Source: a virus (lineage: Duplodnaviria > Caudoviricetes). Taken from it: a DNA stretch of 64,000 nucleotides. The stretch covers positions 1 to 64,000 of IMG/VR virus record IMGVR_UViG_3300049982_000337; one strand, written 5' to 3'. The notes below the pieces were generated by a model. It saw only the letters and a program-made list of their open reading frames with translations. It ran no database searches and had not been told where the DNA came from. Shown piece by piece: positions 34,200 to 42,007 of this stretch. Positions within the stretch are counted from its first letter, which is position 1; every line of letters begins with the position of its first letter. A program made the position numbers and the translations under genes.

Positions 34200-34462
34200 A
34201 TGGCCCGCGCAAGTATCCGCATCCGGGTCGAGATCGAGGCGGTTCAGGACGCGACAGACGATCTGGCGCGGGCGCATCAGAAGCTGGTCCGCCGGCATGG
34301 CGCGGAGTTTCGCCTACTGGAGCGCGACATCAAGGGGGCATGGAGCGGCTCATCAGTTCGAAGCCGATCTGCCACGACCTCGGCGAAGGTTATCTAGTCA
34401 TGACCTGCCCAGAGGAAGCTTCGGCTCTGCTGCTGAGGGCGCGACGCCTGGGCGTGATCTGA
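34200..34462 (+). pseudogene. Possible frameshifted small gene, or two overlapping short ORFs (34200-34397, 34340-34462)
   Basis: Frames switch around the G5 run at 34334-34338. Confidence 0.3.
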
Positions 34463-34527
34463 TCCGCCCGCATCGGGCCGATCTCTCCAGGCCGGAAGGC
34501 GGAGAGCCCTCGCGATAGAGGTCCACC

Positions 34528-34809
34528 ATGCACAGCTCTCGATATTTCGGCTTCCACCTCGGTCTGGCTCTGATCAGCACCTTGGGCCACGCGTTCAACG
34601 CCGCGGTCACCGCCGTCTGCCGAACCCTCGACCTAGCCTTTCCGCCGCAGGCCGCGGCCGAGCGCCTGGCGCCCCAGACCGTCACCAGTTCTGAAGCCGT
34701 AGTCTACGGCGCCGGCAAAGCCCGCACCCGTTCGTTCCTCGGCCGCCTGGCCCAGCGCGACAACGAGCGACAGGCGTTCGGCGCCCTGGGCCTGAACCCG
34801 GCCTTTTGA
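34528..34809 (+). CDS. Hypothetical phage protein
   Basis: 93 aa, GAGG RBS. Confidence 0.55.
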   Translation: MHSSRYFGFHLGLALISTLGHAFNAAVTAVCRTLDLAFPPQAAAERLAPQTVTSSEAVVYGAGKARTRSFLGRLAQRDNERQAFGALGLNPAF

Positions 34810-34838
34810 TCGGCGCCATAGAGCGCTCAGACACCATT

Positions 34839-34865
34839 CGCCCCGGCCTCACCGCCGGGGCGTTT
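34839..34865 (+). terminator. Hairpin / weak intrinsic terminator
   Basis: CGCCCCGGC-ctcacc-GCCGGGGCG-TTT. Confidence 0.55.
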
Positions 34866-34974
34866 CCCCATCGCGCCCAGAGCAGCACTTCACCCGAAGG
34901 ATGGCGAGCGACACCGGTGAACTCGACCGGCCGACCTCAGCTCATGGACAGAGGCCCGCATCTGCGGCGCGACC

Positions 34975-35418
34975 CTAACCGCCCCCCTTAAGTAGCAGGG
35001 CGATGATGGCGACTATGACGCCGCCCAGGCCGGTAACGGCCGAGAGCCACGCGATCTTCGTCTGGCTGGCCTCATGCTGCTCCCGCCTCAGTCGTGAACG
35101 CAAGTGTGCGATGGTCTCACGCGACAGCGCACCCCACCGGCTCTCGCCGTCGTGCCATGTGGCGTCGTCGGCGTAGTCCGGCGGCGGCAACATGAGGCGC
35201 TCGGTCTCCGCCAAGAGCCGGTTGCCCTGTAGCTTAGCGATGCCCACCACGTGGATTTCATCCTCGCTTTGACGCTCCCAACTGAGCGTCTCGACCTTGT
35301 GCGATCGGGGACCGTGCTGCACCTTCGCTGCATCGATCAGCCGGTCGTACATTTCTTCCGTCTTACGCCGCGCGAGCTGCAGCTTCCGCAGGCGCCACCA
35401 GTAGATCAGCGCTTCCAT
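34975..35418 (-). CDS. C-terminal TM membrane protein (antisense moron)
   Basis: Start MEALIYWW at 35418 with GGGAGG RBS; ends IAWLSAVTGLGGVIVAIIALLLK. Confidence 0.65.
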   Translation of the reverse strand: MEALIYWWRLRKLQLARRKTEEMYDRLIDAAKVQHGPRSHKVETLSWERQSEDEIHVVGIAKLQGNRLLAETERLMLPPPDYADDATWHDGESRWGALSRETIAHLRSRLRREQHEASQTKIAWLSAVTGLGGVIVAIIALLLKGGG

Positions 35419-35517
35419 TCGACCCTCCCTGCCGGTTGACGGTTGTTGCCGAGCTTCGTGCGGCGTCGGTCCTGATGCAACGGTCCCCTGGAGCGGGAGC
35501 CCCGGCCCGGAGGCCCT

Positions 35518-36102
35518 ATGAGTGACGGCCCATCGCACGATGCGCGGCTGACGATCCAGCAGGCCCAGCGCCTTAAGGGCCGCTTCGTCTATGGCTTGGC
35601 CGATGGCGATGGCATCTTCTACGTCGGCCAAACACGAAACCCGGCTCGGCGCTTCGAGGCTCATGGCGGGCGGCGCACGAACAACACCGCCCTACGCGAC
35701 CGCCTTGGGGGCGCCGGAGCCGATCTCCGCGTCGTCATCCTTAGGCGCAACCCAGGGGACCTGAACGCTGCAGAGCGGGAGGAAATCCGCGCCCGCTCCG
35801 GCACCCTCGTCAATCTCGTCGGCGGCGATCATTGGTCGTGGGAGCGGCATAGGCGGATCCCGTGGGCGGCTGGCACCGGCATCTTCAGCCCCAGCGCCTA
35901 TGCGATGACCAAGACGCCAAGGGAGCATAGATCGACGGTTCGGGCCGCGCTCGCGCTGTTGACCGACGCGGAGCGCTGCGTCGTCGAGGTCGGGCTGCTT
36001 CGTGATTTCCCGCCGCACCTCGCAAGCCGTTTCGATGGATGGCTCGAAACGACGCGCGAGAAGATGATCGCGTGCATGGAAGCCGCGTATGGGGCGGCCT
36101 AG
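35518..36102 (+). CDS. GIY-YIG endonuclease
   Basis: FVYGL...FYVGQT.NPARRFEAH...AAEREEI...LVN. Confidence 0.8.
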   Translation: MSDGPSHDARLTIQQAQRLKGRFVYGLADGDGIFYVGQTRNPARRFEAHGGRRTNNTALRDRLGGAGADLRVVILRRNPGDLNAAEREEIRARSGTLVNLVGGDHWSWERHRRIPWAAGTGIFSPSAYAMTKTPREHRSTVRAALALLTDAERCVVEVGLLRDFPPHLASRFDGWLETTREKMIACMEAAYGAA

Positions 36103-36550
36103 TAAGTTCACCGCGAAGATCGGCAGGGAGATTTGCGACCGCCTCTCAGAGGGCGAACCGCTTGCCCGCATCTGTCGCGATCCTCACATGCCTGCCGTTA
36201 GGACAGTAGGGGACTGGCGAGAGGTTCATCCCGCGTTTTCCGCTGACTTCGCGCGCGCACGCGACGACGGGTTCGACGCCATCGCGGCCGACTGCCTTCT
36301 GATCGCCGACACGCCCGAACTCGGCGTCGAGACGCTTACGAAGGGGACGGGGAAGAAGAAGGCCAAGGAGTTGCGAGAGGCCGATATGCTCGGTCACCGA
36401 AAGCTCAAGATCGAGACGCGCCTAAAGCTGCTGGCCAGGTGGGACCCGCGTCGATACGGCGAGCGCCGTCAGGAGGAGGGCGGCATCAACGCCGCTGACG
36501 CCGCGGCTCAGATCCGCGAGATCCTGAAGGCGACCGAGGGCGACGGCTGA
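36089..36550 (+). CDS. terS: Terminase small subunit
   Basis: MGRPSKFT...EICDRLSEGEPLARICRD..MP...TV..W...F...ARAR...IETRLKLLARWDPRRYGE. Confidence 0.92.
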   Translation: MGRPSKFTAKIGREICDRLSEGEPLARICRDPHMPAVRTVGDWREVHPAFSADFARARDDGFDAIAADCLLIADTPELGVETLTKGTGKKKAKELREADMLGHRKLKIETRLKLLARWDPRRYGERRQEEGGINAADAAAQIREILKATEGDG

Positions 36551-37893
36551 TGGCTGTCCCCAAGCGCCTCTACCCGCTGCGACCCCACGGGAAGCAGGCG
36601 GCCTGGATGGCCAGCACCGCACGGTTCAATGTCGTGCCGGCCGGACGCCGGAGCGGAAAGACCGAACGGGCGAAGCGCAAGCTCGTGAACCGCGCGATGC
36701 GGGGGACCAGCTTCGATGATCCCCGGTTCTTCGCCGGCGCGCCGACCCGCGATCAGGCCAAGGCCATTTACTGGGCGGACCTGAAGGCGATGATCCCGCG
36801 GGCCCTGATGGCCTCGGCGCCCAGCGAGACCGAGCTCTGCATCCGCCTGATCACGGGCGCCGAGGTCTGGGTTCTCGGCATGGACAAGCCGGAGCGGATC
36901 GAGGGGCGGCCGTGGGACGGCGGCATCCTCGACGAGTTCGGCAACATGAAGCCGACGGCCTGGGGCGCGAACGTCCGGCCGGCGCTCTCGGACCGGCGCG
37001 GCTGGTGCGACCTGATCGGGGTGCCCGAGGGGCGCAACCACTACTACGAGCTCTACAAATACGCCCAGGGCGACGACCCCGAGTGGGACTTCTTCAGCTG
37101 GTTCTCCTCCGACATCCTGCCGGCTGAGGAGATCGCGGCGGCCAAGCGCCAGCTCGACGAGCTTCTGTTCGCCCAGGAGTACGAGGCGAGCTTCATCAAC
37201 TTCACGGGCCGGGCTTACTACCCGTTTCTCGATACAAGCCACACCGCCCCGCTCGCCTACAATCCGGACGCGACGCTGGTCTTCTGTTTCGACTTCAACG
37301 TCGAGCCCGGCGTGGCGGCGATCTGCCAGGAGCAAGTCCTGCCCGGCCAGTACGAGCGCAGCCCCGAGGGCGTGGCGCTGTTGAACAGGCCCATCACCGG
37401 CACCGCCGTCATCGGCGAGGTCTGGATACCGGCCAACAGCAACACCCCGGCAGTCTGCCGCAAGCTGATCGCTGACTGGGGCGCCCACCGGGGCAAGATC
37501 ATCTGCTACGGCGACGCCACCGGCGGCTCGCGCGGCTCGGCCAAGGTCGAGGGCAGCGACTGGGAGCTGATCGCCAAGGAGTTGCGGCCGCACTTCAAGG
37601 ACCGGGTGTCCTTCCGGGTGAAGCCGGCCAACCCGGCCGAACGCGCCAGGCTGAACGCCATGAACAGCCGCCTGAAGACGGCGTCGGGCGAGATCCGCAT
37701 GATGGTCGATCCCGCCAAGGCGCCGCATGTCGTCCGTGACCTCGAGGGCGTCGTCCTGCTGAAGGGCGGGTCTGGCGAGCTGGACAAAAAGGCCACGGAC
37801 CTGACCCACATCACTGACGGCCTCGGCTACTACGTCGAATACGAGTTCCCCGTGACCAACCGGTCGACCTCGATTACCTCCCTCAGGATCTAG
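36550..37893 (+). CDS. terL: Terminase large subunit
   Basis: PAGRRSGKT Walker A, GILDEFG Walker B, FCFDFNV and HITDGLGY nuclease motifs. Confidence 0.95.
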   Translation: MAVPKRLYPLRPHGKQAAWMASTARFNVVPAGRRSGKTERAKRKLVNRAMRGTSFDDPRFFAGAPTRDQAKAIYWADLKAMIPRALMASAPSETELCIRLITGAEVWVLGMDKPERIEGRPWDGGILDEFGNMKPTAWGANVRPALSDRRGWCDLIGVPEGRNHYYELYKYAQGDDPEWDFFSWFSSDILPAEEIAAAKRQLDELLFAQEYEASFINFTGRAYYPFLDTSHTAPLAYNPDATLVFCFDFNVEPGVAAICQEQVLPGQYERSPEGVALLNRPITGTAVIGEVWIPANSNTPAVCRKLIADWGAHRGKIICYGDATGGSRGSAKVEGSDWELIAKELRPHFKDRVSFRVKPANPAERARLNAMNSRLKTASGEIRMMVDPAKAPHVVRDLEGVVLLKGGSGELDKKATDLTHITDGLGYYVEYEFPVTNRSTSITSLRI

Positions 37894-37901
37894 GAGCGCC
37901 G

Positions 37902-39362
37902 ATGACTGCGGCTGTGAACTCGCGCTCAGCCGCGATGGAAGCGCTCGCCTGCGAGTGGCCGCTGCTCGAAGCTCTGATGGGCGGGACACCGGCCATGCGC
38001 GCGGCCAAGGAGAAGTTCCTACCGAAATTCCCGAACGAGGATCTGGACGCCTACAAGGCCCGCCTCGAGACCGCGACCCTGTTCCCCGCCTACCGTCGCA
38101 CAGTCGCGGTCATGGCGGGCAAGCCGTTCGCGAAACCGCTGACATTCTCCGCCGAAACGCCCGTCGAGATCCGTGGCGAGGCCGCCGACGAGAAGGTGCC
38201 CGGGTCGAAGGACGTGGCCGGCTGGGCCGACGATATTGACCGTGAGGGCGTCAACCTTCACACCTTCGCCTCGGAAATGATGGTCGAGGCCCTGGCCTTC
38301 GGCCTCGGCGGGATCCTTGTCGAAGCCCCGAAGCCGATCCAGGGCGCGGCCCTGACCGTCACGCGTGCCGAGCAGGCCGCCGCCGGAGTCAGGCCGTATT
38401 TCGTCAGGGTCCGGCACAACCAGATCCTCGGCGCCCGGCTGGATCGGATCGCGGGCAAGGCAGTGCTGACGCAGCTCCGCCTGCTGGAGCATGTCACCGA
38501 GGCTGACGGCGAGTGGGGCGAGAAGACCGTCGAGCGAGTTCGCGTGCTCGAGCGCGGCAGCTGGAGGCTGTTCGAGAAGAAGGCCGCGACCAAGGGCGAA
38601 GAGTGGATCTCGGTCGAGGAAGGGAGGTCCGGCCTGGCCGAAATCCCGTTCGTGCCGCTTTATGGCAGCCGGCTCGCCTACATGATGGGCGCGTCGCCAC
38701 TGCTGGACCTCGCCTACCTGAACGCAAAGCACTGGCAGAGCCAAAGCGACCAGGACACCATCCTGCACGTCGCCCGGGTTCCGATCCTGTTCGGCAGGGG
38801 CTTCCAGGAAGACGACACGATCGTCGTCGGAGCCGCCACTGCCATCAAGGTCAGCAGCACTGAGGCTGACCTGAAGTTCGTCGAGCACACCGGCGCAGCG
38901 ATCGATGCGGGGAAGGCGTCGCTCGACAGCCTCGAAGACCAGATGATCCAGGCCGGCGCCGAGCTGCTGGTGAAGAAGCCCGGCGCGCGCTCGGCCACGG
39001 AATCGGCGAACGACGCCGAGGCCAACAAGTCGGACCTGCAGCGGATCACCGAAGGGTTCGAGGACAGCCTCGACCAGGCCCTGCAGTTCATGGCCGACTA
39101 CGCCAAGCTCGGCTCCGGCGGCAATGTCACGCTCTACAAGGACTTCGGCGCGGCGCTGCTCAGCGAAGCCAGCGGCCAGCTCATCGTCTCGATGTGGCAG
39201 GCGGGCATGATCTCGAAGCAGACCGCGATCGAGGAGTTGAAGCGCCGTGGCGAGCTGTCGCCCGAGGTCAACGCCCAGCTTGAAGCCGAGCTGATCGACG
39301 AAGAGGGCCCGGCGCTCGGCGCCATCACCGACGACGAGGACGACGCGGGCCTAGCCGCCTAG
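37902..39362 (+). CDS. Portal protein (DUF4055 family)
   Basis: LMGGTPAMRAA.E.FLPKFPNED..AY.ARL..ATLFPAY.RTV; PLLDLAYLNAKHWQSQSD. Confidence 0.9.
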   Translation: MTAAVNSRSAAMEALACEWPLLEALMGGTPAMRAAKEKFLPKFPNEDLDAYKARLETATLFPAYRRTVAVMAGKPFAKPLTFSAETPVEIRGEAADEKVPGSKDVAGWADDIDREGVNLHTFASEMMVEALAFGLGGILVEAPKPIQGAALTVTRAEQAAAGVRPYFVRVRHNQILGARLDRIAGKAVLTQLRLLEHVTEADGEWGEKTVERVRVLERGSWRLFEKKAATKGEEWISVEEGRSGLAEIPFVPLYGSRLAYMMGASPLLDLAYLNAKHWQSQSDQDTILHVARVPILFGRGFQEDDTIVVGAATAIKVSSTEADLKFVEHTGAAIDAGKASLDSLEDQMIQAGAELLVKKPGARSATESANDAEANKSDLQRITEGFEDSLDQALQFMADYAKLGSGGNVTLYKDFGAALLSEASGQLIVSMWQAGMISKQTAIEELKRRGELSPEVNAQLEAELIDEEGPALGAITDDEDDAGLAA

Positions 39363-39366
39363 CCAC

Positions 39367-41049
39367 ATGGCCACGGCAGCGGAGCGGCTTCACGACCAGG
39401 CGGTCATCCACCGCATCGGCCTGAACCGATATTCGAACGCGCTCGTCCGCAAGATGATGGCGCTGCTCAACCGGATCGAGGTCAACGCGGTCCAGAAGCT
39501 CGCCGACGCCGGCGTCGAGGGCGCGGGGCCCAGACGGCTGAACCAGCTGCTCGACGCAATCCGCGAGATCCAAGCCCAGGGGTGGGCGCAGCTCAAGCCG
39601 GAGCTGATGACCAACCTCGACGGCCTGGCCGCCAACGAGATGGACTTCGCCATGAAGTCCGTCGCCTTCGCCGCGGCCGCCGTCGACGTCGAGCTTGGAG
39701 GCGGCGCCCCGGCGCTGGCCCAGGTGGTCGGCGCCGTCCGCGCCAGGCCGTTCCAGGGCCGGCTCCTTCGGGAATGGCTCAACGGTGAGGAGGAGGGGAC
39801 CAAGAAGCGGGTCCGCGAGGTCATCCGCCAGGGCTTTGTTGAAGGCCAGACCACAGACCAGATCGTGCGCACCTTGCGCGGGACCAAGGCCAACCAGTTC
39901 AAGGACGGCGTGCTCGAACGCTCGCGCCGCGGCCTTGAGGCTATGGTGCACACTGCGGTCACCCACACCTCGACCGTCGCCCACCAGGCCGTCTTCGAGC
40001 AGCACGCCGATGTCGTCACAGGCGTGATCTGGACGTCGACGCTGGACGCCAGGACTACGCTGATCTGCATCTCCCGGTCGGAGAAGGTCTTTCCGATCGA
40101 TAAGGGTCCGCGGCCGCCGGCGCACATCCGGTGCAGGTCGACGATGCGACCGCAGGTCCGCGCGATCGAGGGCGTGGCCCCCATGAAGGTCCAGTCCTAT
40201 CCGGAGTGGCTGGCGAGGCAGCCGGCCGCGGTGCAGGACGACATCCTGGGCTCGGCGCGCGGCGCGCTCTACCGATCCGGGGGCGTGAAGGTTGAAGGGT
40301 TTGTCGATCACGCCGGCAAGACGCTTACGCTCGACCAGCTGCGGAAGCGTGACGACGCTGCGTTCAGGCAGGCGGGGCTCGACCATCCGATTAAGCCCCC
40401 GCCAGGGACGCCAAAGGACGAGATCGTTCGGTTCCTCGCCGACAAGCCGGCACAACGGGCGCTACTGACCAGGTTGATGGGCAGCGGAGCCTCCGGGATC
40501 GAGCTTCATGAGATGGTGGTCGAGGGCGCGATAGAGCGAAATGCCTGGAAGGCCGAGGTCAACGATCTCCTGGCGATCCGCCATTACACCGGCCGCGCCT
40601 ACAAGGCGATCAATCAGCGGATGCGCGAGGAAGGGGGGCTGCTCGAGGACCGCCAGTTCACTGCTCTGGCAGGGCGTGGCATCGAGACCCTGCCGCAGCA
40701 CGAAGGGTCGACTTGGCGCGCGCCTGCCACGCGGGCCGACGTCGCAGACCGCATGTGGGAGCGCTCCATCGTCGGCGAAGACTTTGACATGGGCAATCAC
40801 CTGATCTCCACCTCGTCGTCGCGGGCCTTCGCGGTCGATTGGGGCAGTGCCGGGCGCTTGGTGCTCAAGATCCGGAACCCAAAGGGAGCCTCGGTCGACG
40901 AGGTCTCACTCAACCGCGGGGAGGGTGAAGTTCTCTTGCCCGCAGGAATGCGTTATCGTGTGGTGCGCAAGAGCGAAGAAAACCTGCCAGGGCAGTCTGG
41001 CGCGCTTCGGAATGTGCGCCTGGTGGAGCTGGAGATCATCGAGCCGTGA
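39367..41049 (+). CDS. MuF (SPP1 gp7-like) head morphogenesis protein fused to a C-terminal ADP-ribosyltransferase domain
   Basis: MuF: VHTAVTH...WTSTLDARTTLIC...PPAHIRCRS; ART: YTG.AY..IN..MR, TWR, ISTSS, EGEVLLP. Confidence 0.88.
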   Translation: MATAAERLHDQAVIHRIGLNRYSNALVRKMMALLNRIEVNAVQKLADAGVEGAGPRRLNQLLDAIREIQAQGWAQLKPELMTNLDGLAANEMDFAMKSVAFAAAAVDVELGGGAPALAQVVGAVRARPFQGRLLREWLNGEEEGTKKRVREVIRQGFVEGQTTDQIVRTLRGTKANQFKDGVLERSRRGLEAMVHTAVTHTSTVAHQAVFEQHADVVTGVIWTSTLDARTTLICISRSEKVFPIDKGPRPPAHIRCRSTMRPQVRAIEGVAPMKVQSYPEWLARQPAAVQDDILGSARGALYRSGGVKVEGFVDHAGKTLTLDQLRKRDDAAFRQAGLDHPIKPPPGTPKDEIVRFLADKPAQRALLTRLMGSGASGIELHEMVVEGAIERNAWKAEVNDLLAIRHYTGRAYKAINQRMREEGGLLEDRQFTALAGRGIETLPQHEGSTWRAPATRADVADRMWERSIVGEDFDMGNHLISTSSSRAFAVDWGSAGRLVLKIRNPKGASVDEVSLNRGEGEVLLPAGMRYRVVRKSEENLPGQSGALRNVRLVELEIIEP

Positions 41050-41237
41050 CGGCGGAACTGTCCGAAATCCGGATCAGCAGCATGGCGGATTATCCGCCGG
41101 CGAGGCTGTATCTCGCCTCCCACAAATGGACGGATGACGGCTACACGGTCGCCGAGGCCGTGGCGCGCTACATGGAAATGCATCCGGACGCCAACGAGGA
41201 CGATGTTCGGGCCGAAGTCGAGGCCGCCGCGGCGTGA
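41046..41237 (+). CDS. Small acidic protein, candidate immunity protein of the MuF-ART toxin
   Basis: 63 aa, GTGA coupled directly to the toxin stop; function inferred from position only. Confidence 0.5.
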   Translation: MTAELSEIRISSMADYPPARLYLASHKWTDDGYTVAEAVARYMEMHPDANEDDVRAEVEAAAA

Positions 41238-41491
41238 AGGAAAGCGGCAGCCGCCTCCGCCTCATCGAGGGCGGTCAGCCGGACAAGCCGAAGCGGAAGC
41301 GCAAGCCCCGCGAACAAAAGCCGTGGGAATGCCGGGTCTGCGAGACCGACATCGGGACAAGGACGCGCACCCTCGTGAAGGTCCGGCATGGCGCCTTCGA
41401 AGACGGCGAGCTGAAAGTCACCGGCGGCTCCGACCACTGGGCCTGCGCCATGTGCATGGCCCGGGGAAAGCTGACCCTGCAGACCGCATGA
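41234..41491 (+). CDS. Small Zn-ribbon protein
   Basis: CRVC...CAMC; coupled. Confidence 0.6.
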   Translation: MKESGSRLRLIEGGQPDKPKRKRKPREQKPWECRVCETDIGTRTRTLVKVRHGAFEDGELKVTGGSDHWACAMCMARGKLTLQTA

Positions 41492-41745
41492 CCCTCGACG
41501 AACTGATCCGACAGGATCGGGACCTTCCGCACCGCGTTGAGGTCGATGCCGAGCACTACGGGATCATCCTCGACGTCGTGAAGGCTCGGCCCGGCGACTT
41601 CGAGGTCAATTTCTGCGGCTGGCCGGTCTTCCTAGTCGACTGCAGGAACTGGGAGGACGCAGTTTACATCCGCATCCTCGGCGGCGTGATCATCCGAACC
41701 ACGCCCGACAATCTGAGCAAGCCCGGCTACAGCGTCGACATCTGA
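41488..41745 (+). CDS. Hypothetical protein
   Basis: Start MTLDELIRQ at 41488, ATGA coupled. Confidence 0.55.
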   Translation: MTLDELIRQDRDLPHRVEVDAEHYGIILDVVKARPGDFEVNFCGWPVFLVDCRNWEDAVYIRILGGVIIRTTPDNLSKPGYSVDI

Positions 41746-41750
41746 CGCCG

Positions 41751-41899
41751 GCGGGCTGCTCCCCACCAAGGCCTCGACATCTCTCTGGCGGATCACGGGC
41801 GCCGCCACGAAGCCCATCCTGATCGTATCTCCGGCGTGTTGAGGCCTCGGTCCTTCGGGGCATGGCTTAGGAAGTAGCGCTGAAGGGTGGGAAGCCCGC
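41751..41899 (+). ncRNA. Candidate multi-stem structured RNA (unclassified)
   Basis: Outer stem 41751-41767/41886-41899, 11-bp stem 41769-41779/41837-41847, TGGCGG/CCGCCA stem, GUCC-UUCG-GGGC hairpin; G-U pairs favour the + strand. Confidence 0.45.
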
Positions 41900-41904
41900 A
41901 CCAC

Positions 41905-41925
41905 GCCGCCTCCGGGCGGCTTTTT
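41905..41925 (+). terminator. Intrinsic terminator
   Basis: GCCGCC-TCCG-GGCGGC-TTTTT. Confidence 0.8.
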
Positions 41926-41936
41926 CATGCCCAGCA

Positions 41937-41993
41937 CCCGGGATCGGGGAGGGCGCACCGGGCGGGATCGCCCTTTCCGCCGGCGGATGCCGG
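41937..41993 (+). promoter_or_regulatory. Three tandem GGAU-tetraloop hairpins in the scaffold gene leader
   Basis: CCCG-GGAT-CGGG, GGGCG-GGAT-CGCCC, CCGGC-GGAT-GCCGG; the last overlaps the GGAGA RBS. Confidence 0.7.
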
Positions 41994-42007
41994 AGAAAGC
42001 CACCACC

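Noticed and set aside
34483-34506. CAGGCC-GGAA-GGC hairpin resembling SRP RNA domain IV
   Set aside because: Lacks the AGCA internal-loop strand and the long SRP helix; an ordinary GNRA hairpin
34914-34930. 5-bp stem / 7-nt loop resembling a tRNA T-arm
   Set aside because: Loop is GAACTCG (CGAGTTC on the other strand), not TTCRANY, and no acceptor, D or anticodon arms can be built
32344-36088. Lysis cassette at the usual lambdoid position
   Set aside because: No endolysin, holin-endolysin pair or spanin motifs found; lysis genes probably lie beyond the right edge
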